Assembly: GCA_030704615.1 (NCBI GenBank)
Contig: CM060733.1
Span: forward strand, 5,642,001 to 5,706,000
Direction of reading: 5' to 3'
DNA length: 64,000 nt
From: Takakia lepidozioides
Taxonomy: Eukaryota > Plantae > Bryophyta
Within the stretch, counting starts at the first letter, position 1. Every line of letters starts with the position of its first letter. Below the pieces are notes generated by a model, which saw only the letters and a list, made by a program, of their open reading frames with translations, did no database searches and was not told where the DNA came from. The translations under genes were made by a program, and so were the position numbers. This document shows, one piece after another, positions 38,101 to 50,600 of this stretch.

Positions 38101-41100
38101 AGATATAGATTCATTTATATCTTTATTTTAATTAATTAATTGTTTTTCCCAAGGAAATGCCAGCCCCAGCAACTGGGCCTTGAGGGGGAAAAGAAACCCC
38201 CTTTCTGAGCCATGGAGGCATTACAGGGGCAGAGCCGGGGCAGCCCGAAGGCAGATAAGAGAAGATACTATATGTACATGAAAAACTCTTAAATATCACA
38301 AATTAGAAAAAATCAACTCAAATTATAATCAGTCTATCTGCCAAACTACAGCCAACAATTAGAATACAATAATTATAATTGAACGTACCTTGTTTGTTGC
38401 ATGACCAGAGTCACATTCTAGATTTAATTCAGAATTTTTCTCTTCACCCTCCTTACACTGCTTCTCTAATTCTTCTCCTTTTCGTGTTGTAGTTCGCCCA
38501 TCTTCGTGTGTTTTTTTCATCTATGTAACCATCAACAATTCAACACTTCTTACAAGATAAAACATCACGATAACTAGTAATATTTTTGTTCTATTTTGCA
38601 AAAGGAATGAGCCCCAAATACCGCAATAGTAAATTTTCAAACCAAAAATGTTTGACCTTGTATAGCTTGAGTCAGTGGAAGTCAAATTTACATATTGTTA
38701 TTGCCCGTTTCTTCTTACTGTACCAGTGTGTTCCATGGTATTATAAAAAAAGGTACATCTAGTAAACTTGATGTCGAACTCCATTTTCCCTAATATATTC
38801 AAACTTTTAATATTAAATATTCTTAATTCACTCTACATTGTAGAGTCTACAACTACAAAACAAAAAGTCGCCGGGCATTAAACTCCTAATATTTTATTTC
38901 ATTGTACCTGGGCTGTAACCGAAGCCTCTTCGCGTTTCTTGTCCTCTAACTCATTTGCCAATTCTTTGATAATTCTTGTTGTCTCTATCTCCTCTAGATC
39001 ACTTCGTTCACCACTAGCTCGTCCCACCTTCCTTTCAAGCAACTGGATTTGAAAATCGGCCCCGTATAACTTTTCTTCTTGTCTCATCATGTCCACTTCA
39101 AGGTGATTGATCTTAAACATTAGTGATCTTGCTTGAGACTTTCCTCCAGTGATCTCATGTATTGTGTCAACCTCTGCAAAAATTGGCACAACCACATGAA
39201 TACAATGAGAAATTTATAGTAACAAAATAAATATATGTACCGTGATACTCGTTATTTCCTCTTTATATGCAGATTATAGTTGAAGCAGTCCGTTATGCAA
39301 AAAAGAGCCCATTAGAGAAACCTTGATTTTAGATAATGTAGATATAAATAACATAATATACATATTTCAGTTAGTTCACACACACGCACACATATGACAG
39401 TATAAGTAGAAATTATAGCGATTCTTACTCATTGTTTTACTTACAAGAATGTATGTTTTCTTCTAGTTTAAATACGAATTTTCCAAATCAGAGACCCAAG
39501 GAATAGACCTGCAGCTCTTAGAGAATACAACTCTTCCGATGCTTTAAAATGCCTTTCTCGTAGCTCAAGCACCTCGGATTTCGCCAGTTTTAGATTGAGC
39601 TCTTCTGTGTTCAATAGTTTTTCAAGTGCATGTGTTCGCTGCTCAAGGGTATCGAGATGGCTGTATTCTTCTTCTACCATTTTCTTCATTTCTTTCAGTT
39701 TTCTCTTGGCTACTTTGTAATTTACCTTTTGTCGTTCCAGTTCCTACAGAGAAACCATACATAGCATTTTCAAAAACCTCCAATTTATTTCATTGTAATC
39801 AAAATATTGTATATTCATAATTTAAAGGCTTAAAACCGATTTTCTCTTTCTCTTTTCTTTTTCTTTTTGCTTTCGTAAAATGCCCATTTGGGATGATGGA
39901 ATTTAATTTTCTAAATACAATAAAATATCATGTATATATTTTAAAATATAATTATCAGACCTCTTCAAAATACGCCTTTTTGCCAATCTCCTTAGCAAAA
40001 CCATGTTGGCCGCGTAAAAGATTGGTCTTGAGCATCACTAATTGTTGGTGTACATCGACGGTACTATGACCTCCTTCCAAATAACAATAAGATTAGATTA
40101 TTGTTATCGCATCCGAGATTAGAGTAATCATACAGTTTGAGATGCCAAAGAATAAGTTTTTATTAAGCCTTCAAGGGCTTCATCCCCTTATTTAAAAAAA
40201 ATCCCAGTGATGTATCCCTTGAGTATAGTATATAGATTAATCATGTTTGAAAATTGAAAGCAAATAAGTAAACTTATCAAAAATGAAAGTACCAGAGGGG
40301 GAATGTGTATAACAATTAAGATCGTATACCTATTGGTCTCTTGTGTGAAGACGCCTCGTAACTGTTGCGATTCTTCTCCCTTTAAAACAACATTTCTCTC
40401 CACATCTACCTGCGTTACAGTAATTTCAATTTTTTGCTTCACTAATTATGAGAGTTCTTAATCATATAACACCAAAAAATTATGTATTACAACCCATAAA
40501 TTTGATATTAATGTACCATAAGTGAAATAAAGCTTTAACGGGCTTCCTCTCCTTTCCTCCAAAAACTTAAAATAAAAAAATGAAGTATTTAACATATAGC
40601 CAACTTCGAGAAACCCCCAATAAAATTCATCCAGGGCATCCCCCTGTTCTCTAAAAAAAACAAAAAAAAAAACAAAAAAACAAAAAACCCAAAGCTAACT
40701 AGGCTATTAAGGGGAGAAGATGGGTTACAAAGAAAGATTCAAAATAACGATGATAAAATGTCTCACATTGTTTTCCATCTCTTTGTATAATTTGTGGTCA
40801 AGACTGTCAAGGCCGCGTTTGCTTTTGTGGAGTTTTTCTTTGTGAGAGAGAAACTCATCGGCTGCCCTATTAATATCTCCATCGCGTTGATGGATAAGCT
40901 CAATAGCATCCTCCCACATACGAATCAGTTTTTGTCGTTCCAAGTGTAGTTTACTGTGTCCCAGATCCATTCATGTCCCTTAGTAATTCATCCGTCATAT
41001 TGAAGGATTTTACTCTCTCGAATTTTACTGACTGATAGAAGAATATTATTATCATAAATTACATATATGAGTCAAATAATTTATTATGTATAAAAATAAA

Positions 41101-42386
41101 CTAAAAACTACATTAAAATCTTAAGAAACGTCTTGTATGTGAGATGTATTTATGGTTGTAAATCAGAACCCACTTTCTTCTTTTCTTTCCCCGCCCCCAA
41201 AACTTAGATGAACCCCTCAGTATAAGTTGGACTTATAGATACTGCATGTATTGATCTTGTAACAAAATTCATTGGAGAATGATAGAAATACATCCAACCG
41301 GAACTCTTCTGCAGTTCTATCAAGCTGAATTTGATGGCTTTGGGTTTCAGTGATCTCATTTTCAAGGCAGAGCTCTAGGGATGCAAGTTCAGCTGATGTT
41401 TTTGTTTCCTCCAACCGCAGCTCCTTGATGCGAACTGTGTCACTCTTTGTGTAGCTTGCTAATGCAATATTATCCTCTTCTTTTTGACGTGTTGCTTGAA
41501 CCCATTGCTCAATCTCTTCCTGTAATATTTAACACATTTTTATATGGGAGTCGTATAGTTTTGCTTCAATAAATCGTTTATACAATCTTACTTGACTTTT
41601 TTTAATCATACTGTTAAAGAATGTGCTTTAGTTGTTTTAGGTTATTTCATGTAATTTGATTCATGTAATTTAGTTGGTCTGACCATATATTGATGGAAGA
41701 AATCTGACCTGATTCCAATGCATAACCAGACGAATTTGATCCAATCTTTCATTGTCTCGGAAAATCGATGCTCGAAAGTTACTCAGTCGATCGACCATCT
41801 CGTGCATCTCATTTTCCATTTTTACCACTTCTCTCTAAAATTAAGACAACATATGAATGTCAGAAAATCAAAATCAGGAGTGAACAGTGAACCTTTAATT
41901 AATTAATTATTTTTCCAAGGAAACACCAACCCCAGCTAGGGGGGCCTTGAGGCGGAAATTAACACCCTTTTGGGGCCATGAAGGCAAACAGGTAGAGCCC
42001 CAGCCCGAAAGCAGAGAGAGACAGCATGAAGGGGTTTGAATTTGAACCCCAGACCAACAGGCCAATGCACAGGCTATGAGTTACGAAGCCTTGCTTTATT
42101 TATTTATTTATATTTATTTTTACATGTTTTTCCTCGTACTCAAAGGGAAACACTGTGAACACTGGCGGCCCTGAAGTGGCCTTGCTTTGTAGTCTTATGG
42201 CCTTCGAGGTTATTTTTTCCTCATTTAATAATTTGATTAAAAGGGCCTCCGTCCCCCTTTCTTAAAAACAAAAAAAAAGGGAAATACACCGAACATAATC
42301 AGTCCCCCCATTCCCCCCCCCTAATTATAGTGTTGGATTGTTGTCTTTAAATTTTTTAATTCGCTAGAAGTTTATTTTGAATTTGA

Positions 42387-42418
<32 letters not shown>

Positions 42419-43207
42419 GTTTTTGGAGCCCTTGAGTTATGGGTTTATGGTTTTATTTATGAGTATTGTGTAAGTGAACAGTACTTTCATACTTCCGAAA
42501 GTACCTTCAATCTATGGGCTTGAAATTGGGCAATTTTTTCCATATGTTCTTCTGCGATGGTTTCTTGTCTCTTTGCTTGAACTCTTAGTTGTGTTGCAGC
42601 AATTTCTTCCTGTACTCGCCTCATATGGTCCTCCATAACTGCAGTTCGATCATCTTGTTCTTCTGTTGCTTCCTGCTTGTCGAGTCATATCACTAAAATC
42701 TAAGACAGATATGGAAGTAAGTTGTTTAAAACAATACTACGATGTCATTTAAAATTTTGAACGAATAAAAATAACATAATCTATTAAAATCTAATGCATA
42801 TATAGTAAGTATACAAAATACATCACGAGTCAGTGATCTATTCTTTTGTTTTTTGTTTTTCTTTTTTTGAAAAAAAAAGGGAACGGGGCCAAGTTAATCA
42901 AATTAAAATGAGGAAAAAATAACCTGGAAGGCCACAAGGAGTACAGGGCAACTTGGCCACTTCCTTCCGTTTGTTTGTTACTTTTTACAATTTGCTTCTC
43001 TGATACAATTATATTATGATTATTAATTTCATTTCAATACATAATTTTCTGTGAGATTTAGCTGTTTCGAATATGACCTCATATTTTCAGATTTCAAATA
43101 TTATTATTATTTGAAAAAAACTATTAATTATTTAGATTTACCTAATGTATCCAGGGCCTCTGTCCCCTCTTCCTAATTGTTTAAAAAAAAGTATCTTCTT
43201 TTATATT

Positions 43208-43244
<37 letters not shown>

Positions 43245-44738
43245 ATTACTGCACATTTGCAACAAAAAATGGTAAAGGAAAATGACATGTATACGTACCT
43301 CAACTTTTCGGAGATTTTGTTCGGCATCTATTACCATCTCATTTAACGCCCGATTTTCATCATTAGCAAAGTCGGGCAAAAATCTTGAGTTTATGCCTTT
43401 TATCACTTGAATCTCCTTTTCTGTATTAAATGTCGATGGAGTTGATTGTGCTTCTCCGTCCAATATCTCCTCTGCCGGTTGCTCAAGAACATATCCATCA
43501 GGAACTCTTGGAAATCTTCCGTTCAAGGACAATGCCCCTGTCCAGGCTTCTCTCTCTTGGCCCCTTCGAACTGCATCACCTTGTGGTAACGTTACCGCCC
43601 AATCGTTTGGTGATGCTCCTTCCGGCACTTCATCAAAGACCCAATTTGTATTCTCTCTCCGTTGTTGTGCCAACATCTCCGCTTGCGATGGTGGTCTCCC
43701 TTGTCCTCTCTCAAGTCCACCACTTTCCGTCCACCGATACTCATCTTCTTCCCAATTATAACTTTGTGCAAATTGTTCCTCTTGTTGTGAAGTAGCTGAA
43801 AGAACCCCTTCAATTGTAGGAGCAGATGTGCCAGCTGCTTGTCGTCCCGGACATATTAAAGAGTCTGCCCAATCACCACCAGTGGGGGTTACCACATCTG
43901 GTAGGGTTTGTCCCTCCCGTCGCAACATCTCCAACCGCTCCACTTCGGAGAAGGGTACACCAACCCCTCTTGATGGTTGTGCACTCATGGGCTCACTTCT
44001 CCATGGGTGATCTCCGTCGCCCCAACTAAATGTTTCCGCAACACCTTCGTCCCGGTCTCGTGCAATTGGTGACAACAGCCCTTCCATGGGTGGAGAAGGA
44101 GGCCGTTGTTCTCTATCTTGTTCTGGCCATGTTCCCACATCCGCCCATTCATCATCCCCCTGCTCCGAAGTTCTGGCCACCACGTCAATCAAATTATGGC
44201 CCTCACGGCGCAACGCTTCCAAACGTTCGATCTCCGTTCTTGGCACACCCACACCCCTCAAGGCTCCGACACCCTCCCGTTCACGTTCCCATGATTCTTC
44301 TCTATGTCCCCATGTGAACGTTTGTGCGGGAGAGTCATGTTCTAGCAATTCCGGCCGCACCACCCCTTCCACCAATGGAGGCAGAGGATCCCCTTGATCC
44401 ACCAGTGCCCAAGTAGATGCCTCCGCCCAATCATCGTCACCTTGCTCCGTCAAGCTTACGACGATATCTGGGATGTTTTGTCCCTGGGTTCGCATCAACT
44501 CAAGTCGCTCAACTTCGGTTCGTGGTACACCAACACCCCTAGTAATTTCACCTTCCACGGGTGGCACCGTTTGCCAAGGCTCATCTCCCTCACCCCAACT
44601 GGAGGATTGTGCGAGTTCGTCTTGGCCTTGTAGGGCAGGGGACAACACCCCTTCTCTTGGCGGTGCAGGGGGGCCTTCCTGTGTCTCCCATTCTAATGTA
44701 TCTCCCCAGTCATCATCATCTTCTTCTTGGGGATCCAT
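35102..44738 (-). CDS. CCDC39: Coiled-coil domain-containing protein 39 (FAP59, axonemal 96-nm ruler), ~16 exons, with a long N-terminal repeat extension
   Basis: Exons include 44738-43299, 42672-42505, 41834-41709, ~41519-41298, ~39172-38909 and the last ending at 35102. Motifs: FLPDFANDENRAL, MHWNQEEIEQW..RQKEEDNIALASYTKSD, QIQLDRTAEEFR, HLERQKLIRMWE, QEEKLYGADFQIQLLERKVGRASGERS. Confidence 0.93.
38145..38265 (-). mobile_element. SINE-like repeat, 3' part
   Basis: Similar to 41908-42075 (CCAAGGAAA..CCA.CCCCAGC...GGGCCTTGAGG...GCCATG.AGGCA...CAGCCCGAA.GCAGA). Confidence 0.6.
41908..42075 (-). mobile_element. tRNA-derived SINE-like repeat
   Basis: Related to 38145-38265, with a B-box-like GGTTCAAATTC on the minus strand. 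Confidence 0.55.
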
Positions 44739-44874
44739 CGTATTGTTAATATATGTTTAACGCATAGGTACTACCTGCACAGTTATTTTGAGAAGGTCAC
44801 ACTCAAAAAAAAAAGTCCCCTGTTATCTTTAAAAAAGAAAAAAAAGAAAAAAAAAGAAAAGATTAAAAGAAGAA

Positions 44875-45040
44875 ACCAGCTCAGTTGAATAAGTTAGTGC
44901 ACTTTGAGTCACCCTAGTGGTTTGCGGCTCAAATCCTGCTGCCTTGTCCTGTAGGCATGGTTTCGTGGCCGGTCGGTTAGTCTAGGGGTGGTGTCTACTG
45001 TATCCTGGGTGGCTTGTACGAAGGGCTTCATTTTTGGGGC
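44875..45040 (+). mobile_element. tRNA-derived SINE-like element upstream of CCDC39
   Basis: A-box-like AGCTCAGTTG and B-box-like GGCTCAAATCC at tRNA-like spacing; no cloverleaf. Confidence 0.5.
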
Positions 45041-47643
45041 TGAATTGTGAGATGTCTAAGGAACAAAATGGGGATGAAAAGTGATTGGATATGCCACACC
45101 CCTACAAGAATGTGCTTCTAACACTCCGGTGTGTACGAAAAGTGTGCTTCTAACCGCAAAATGGCACTTTCAAGGTTGTTTTTCTTTGCTTTTTAATTCA
45201 AGTCGGGCTCTACTAAGGTCTCCTTCTCATTAAAACAGGGGAAAAATATAATGCTACCCAGAACTGACATATTTGATTGTTTCTAGAACTTTTCCATGTA
45301 AAGAACGTCAAATCATTAGGAGGATTTGTTTGGAAGAACATCAGATTTCATGATAGAATTGTTGCGGATTTTATAATAGGATTGTTTTCATTGTCGAAAC
45401 AGACACGTATGAATGACGGTGAGCAGTTGTGGTAACTTAATCATACTGGAGGAGGATAGCTTGGCCTTCACCTTGAAGCAGGTGGCTGTTGGGGATGCAG
45501 CTGGTGGCAGTACTGCAGTATCAGATCCGGACGCTGCAGACTTGACCTAGCCTGGAGGCATTAAGTTTAATACACTCACGACAGAGTGTGGGCCCTGCTT
45601 GAACATACAAAAGTCACACTTAACATGATCACATCCAAGCAAGGACTGTCCCTCAAAAGAAGCTAGGAGGGCATCTACGGGGCAATAATAAGGCATTTTA
45701 TTGATTAGCAGAATACAGAATATATACTTAGTGCATTTACGGTCAAAAGCATGATCTCATGAACTAACAATTCTTTCCACGAGTCACTGTTGTACCTTCC
45801 CTTCCTTATTCAGCGGAGTTATGCCCCACTTTCTCCCAATTTGTCTACACTGTGACCGTTGAGGAAAGAGAGAGAGAGAGAGAGCAAGGTTGCTAATATT
45901 TTCTACAATAGTTTGACGGACGCACAGGAAGGCCTACCAGTTTGAGACTTAATTGTTGCCTGCATCAATAAAAATGGATAAAACCAGTCATCATGGACGA
46001 CCAAATGGTTTCCCAATCACAAGGCCTTCAAAATTCACCAGCTACAGGGTCCAAGTTATGCCCATGGGCTAAGTGCTGACTGAATGGCTCATGGACATCA
46101 TGTAAATATGATAGTATGAGTAAGCGCTCTTTAGATATGGATTACCTATTGAGAGTCGGTTCTAGACAGTGTCTCGGTGGATAGAGAAAGAAAGTGGGAA
46201 TTAGTCTGAGGTGCTCAATCCATGAATCCATAACTACAGTTATGTTCTTTTCCTAAAAACCTTAGATCCCTTTCTGGGCCATAAAATATTGTCACCGAAA
46301 GATTTAGAGTTACACAACTAAGTAGATTAGCAATAAAGCAAAAGTTTGGAATCTATAAGATGGAGAGTGTGCACGTGTCCATATAAAATTAGGAAGGATC
46401 CACTTCAAATTTAGGGTTTCCAGATATTGTATACCTTTCAGCTTCCCAGCTCAAGCTATCCACCATCTAATCACCATGGTAATTCACATGGTATCATCTA
46501 ATCACCAAGTACTCCTTTTATTTCTTCTTCAAAACAGCTTTCTGCCCCTCCCATCTCAACACAAGGTGCAAGTTTTCCTAATTTACTTTGTCTTCCTTCC
46601 TGAGCGCACTGTCAAGAAAACATAGAGAGGGTGTAGTTCATCTAGAGTGTCTTCCCAATTTTGCTTTAAGTCGTGGAAAGATCTCCGTGGCATCTACACG
46701 AGCCCCAGGCTCTGAATCCCCAACACAAGCCCTTGTCTCTCACAGTGCAAGTAAAGCAGGCGAGAGGAAGTTAGGAAGGGAGGCAGCATGTCAGCAGATT
46801 CAGCTGAAATTCGGAAAAAAATAATTTTCACTTGACTGAATTAACTAAATTCTAAATAGATGAGTTCTGTACTGTACAATCAAATGGATGAATGTTCACG
46901 GACGAATGTCGTCCGGCTCTGTTTGGGATGGAGAAGGTAGCATGGACGAATGTAGAGGGAGAGGGTCTCAACAGCTCCTTAAGTACTCAGATGAGAAACT
47001 ACACAGGGCCTCTGATTCCCTGTGAAGTGCCTCTGTAGCAATCCTTCACTGATATGAGTCACTGCATTCACCAAAAGGATTGGGGATACAAGTGAAGACG
47101 AAATGTAGTAAGCAGATAGGTCTCACATCCTCGAGCTGTTGAATGAGTGCTAAAATCCTTCGTCCTGTTGTAAGCACTTTGGACTTGTTCCCTAATCTTC
47201 CCTAGTCCTGAACACACGTGCGCAAGACATTGCCCATGTACTTGCTTAACAACTTCAACCCATGCTCCAGGTAGAGACTCTAACGTCATGTAGAGAGAAA
47301 ACTGAGCCACAATAAGTCTGGAGTCTGGACTAATTTGTGGTGAGAGAGTGTCTGAATGCAAGCTGTTGTGCTTTGGAAGTAGTGCCAGAGAGAAGTACAA
47401 AAGAGGCAGGCAAAACAGAGGTCAGGAAAATGAGGGAACTTTGGACGCCATCAATATGGCCACTAGTGTGAACGAGGGCACAAGGGCAGTCAAGGATTCC
47501 TCCCAAGTTAATTCATTATTTTTTCAATTGTCTCATTGACGAGTTCATCTTCAACAGAATGTTGTGGGGCAGCACTGGCCCAGCCAGACTTGAAACCTAC
47601 CCTTAGCTCTGATCACCTCTCTCAAACAAGCTGGTGACTCAAC

Positions 47644-50600
47644 CTAAACCTGAGGATCTTCACTCCTATATTCGCAAGGAGGAAGTTGTTTGAAGTAATA
47701 AACAGCTTCATAATAGCGTGACAAAATGACGTTGCAGAGGGGATGAACAGCCTCTAGCAAATTAGAATAAGGGCCTAGCACTGCACTTGGAGGTGGAGGT
47801 GCCCCAATGCGGTGTGCTGCACAGTATTGTGATGTCGAGAGCCCACTTAAGCAATAACAAGTGTGATAGTGATCTGGCGATTTACCAGGCTTGTCCCTGA
47901 GCCCTCCATTTAGCACCTTCACACCCGTGAATACACATCCATCTGTCAGTGGGACATCAGAAACAAAGAACTGATGCAATATATGTATTACACAACTCTT
48001 CAATCTGAACCTTGAACGATGCCTTCAGCTACATTCAAGACACCCCGACAATTTCATATACAGATACTGTGAGGCTTGCAGGATGCCAATCTGACTGGAA
48101 CTGCCGTACTTCTCTACAAGCAGTTATGTCATCTTGTCAGATGAAGTTGCACCCTAGTAGGTGGGCAACCCACACAGGAACATAGGGGAGTGTATAGAGG
48201 CTACATGACAGTATTTGCTTGGAAAGCGGAATGCCTTCTGAGAGCTTCATTGCAGTTGTGTAGTGTGAGCAAAGCAGTGATTGGTATCCAGATCAGTGCA
48301 TTCGGCTAGATAGAAGATGCATAACCTTCAACAATTTATTCTTACCTGGCAGCACAGTAAAATATACCCTTGCAGTGCTTGTGTGTTGAACAGAGGTCCA
48401 TAAAGTAACTGTTCATCGGAGCCCAGCTGGTCTTTGACTGAGGATCCTGCTCCATCTTTCACCCTCTCCCTCTCTGCGCTCCCAGGCTCCTCTTCCTTTA
48501 TTTCCTCAAATGTCACTGTGATGGGGGCCCTGTCGACCCGGGTTTCAATGACCGGGAACAGCCATTCTGCTTTAACTCTTCCATGTTCCACATCACCTTC
48601 GCCCTCCTTGACAAGCATCTCAGGTACGCCCCAGTCTGTTGAACGAGATGACTCTCGGCCATCAGAGTCTGCACTAGAATCTCCTTTCTCTTGAACACTA
48701 GTTGACCAAGTCCCGTCCAACCCTTCTTCCCTTACGTCTGCCTCTCTCCTGGAGGTAGATTCTGGCGTCTCTAGCCCAATCTCTTCATCTGTAGACATTG
48801 TATGTGAGCCGTCAAGAGACATCAAGCAGTCAATCATAACAACTGCTCTTACATACTACAAAGCTGGACACTTTCATATGCTTTTCTTATCGTATCTAGT
48901 AGAAGCAACTTCCTGACTATGAAGTGTGATTCTCCTCCAGCATAAAGATTATATACACAACTCCCTCCTAAGAGTCCCAAACAGACCTGACTGGTGGCTT
49001 GGACAGTGGGCTTATGATCCGTGGTAAAAGTTAAACTCTCATTTGCTGCACTCAGACTACTCACCTACAAAGAACAGAGAGGTTACCATGTTTTTCCACT
49101 TGGGCAATGTTACTGCGGTCGCATGCTGCCCAAATGGGAGTGTTCCATGTAGCTTGCTGAGACACTAGATTGGACATCAGCTGCTGTAGCATTGGGAAAA
49201 CACCTCCCTGCAGAACCATGCCTTTGTTAATCGTTACCTCCCTCTCTTCTGCCCCGCTATCACCACTTATGATATACCTGCAGGCCATATGTGCCTACGT
49301 CTTCCAAGGGAACGGAAAATTGGCAGGTTGGAAAAACTGCAACGTGAAGACCAACTATGCCCCGCTTGCACTGGGAACTACAGGGAAATTGAAAGTGAAG
49401 AACATTTCTTCTTTCAATGTCATTTATACTATGAGATCCATGGGAGACTCAACCGCCTACTCCGGGATACCCAATGTCTCACCGAGGATAAAAAATGCTT
49501 GGCTGCTTACCTGCATGAACTGTTGACTTTCAGACATTCCCTTGAGCTTTAGTTGCTTTTGGGCTATTTGTGGCCCCTCTCTCTTTCTTGTTTCTTTCTT
49601 CCTCTTGTCCCATGAGCTTCCCGCAGACATTATAAAGTACCATTTCATTTCACTTCTTCCTTTCTCTCCCCTTTTTCTTCCTTATTTTCTGTTCTTCTAT
49701 CCGTGTCTCTTCGGACTCCTGCAGACATGATAAATGTCTTTCTCTACTTCTTTCGCTCTCCCCACCTTTTCCGCCCACACTGGACGCGGGGCCTATGGGC
49801 ACAAGGCTGCGGCCAACAACATCTTATGAGTACATTCTCTCCACGTCCATCTACCTACAGGATGGGAGGTCGACCGCCTAAGGCCCTACAGAAATCACAG
49901 TTTTGGAAGTATAGATTTCTTGTTCCAGACTTGCTGCAGGGTTTCTGGGGCCAAGTCTTGCAAGCACAATTTCATTAGAACATCTCCACTCTTCTCTCTT
50001 CTTTGTCACTCTCACAGACACAGAGAGCACGACACAGACAGACTTACATGGGAATCTACATGTGTGCAGATTGGGTGTCTTACCTAGATTCTGGCACACT
50101 TGAATGATCCAAGAAGATACACGCGACATGCATAGACAGTCCCAAGCACAAACCAATTGCATGCATACATACCTCTGTAGAATACCTTGTATATTTGTGC
50201 AAAAAGCTACAGAAAGGATGAGAGCAGAACCTGCCAGAAGGAGTAGCAGCCATCAACCAGCTTGTTTGTGCGACCTTGGAAGCCTCCTTCCACCTTACCT
50301 TGCCGAAACACCACCCAATGCTGTCCCAGCCAACAGGTATGCATTTTAACCCATTGCAGCATTGGAAATATTGCAAGTTCACCCCATGCACTCTCTAAAA
50401 GGAGATACAAATTTCAACCTCGTGAAAGTTACTAGAAAGCCTCCTAGTGTATTTTTGCCCTGTTTAGGGGGCTTTGGAGGATCAGGGTACACTATATCTT
50501 TAAGTCAGTAGTTAAGTGCAGGCCACAGCCCTGCCACAGATGCCCATGTAAACATGGTGCCCAGACATGTGAATTAATGTGCTTGACGTCTTTGCACATT

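Noticed and set aside
43430-44760. Many plus-strand ORFs opposite CCDC39 exon 1
   Set aside because: They are antisense shadows of a GC-balanced coding exon with no recognisable motifs.
45110-45160. DUO1-type AACCG site upstream of CCDC39
   Set aside because: A single 5-mer, expected by chance.
45412-45550. 45-codon ORF between CCDC39 and ERA1
   Set aside because: No recognisable homology or other support.
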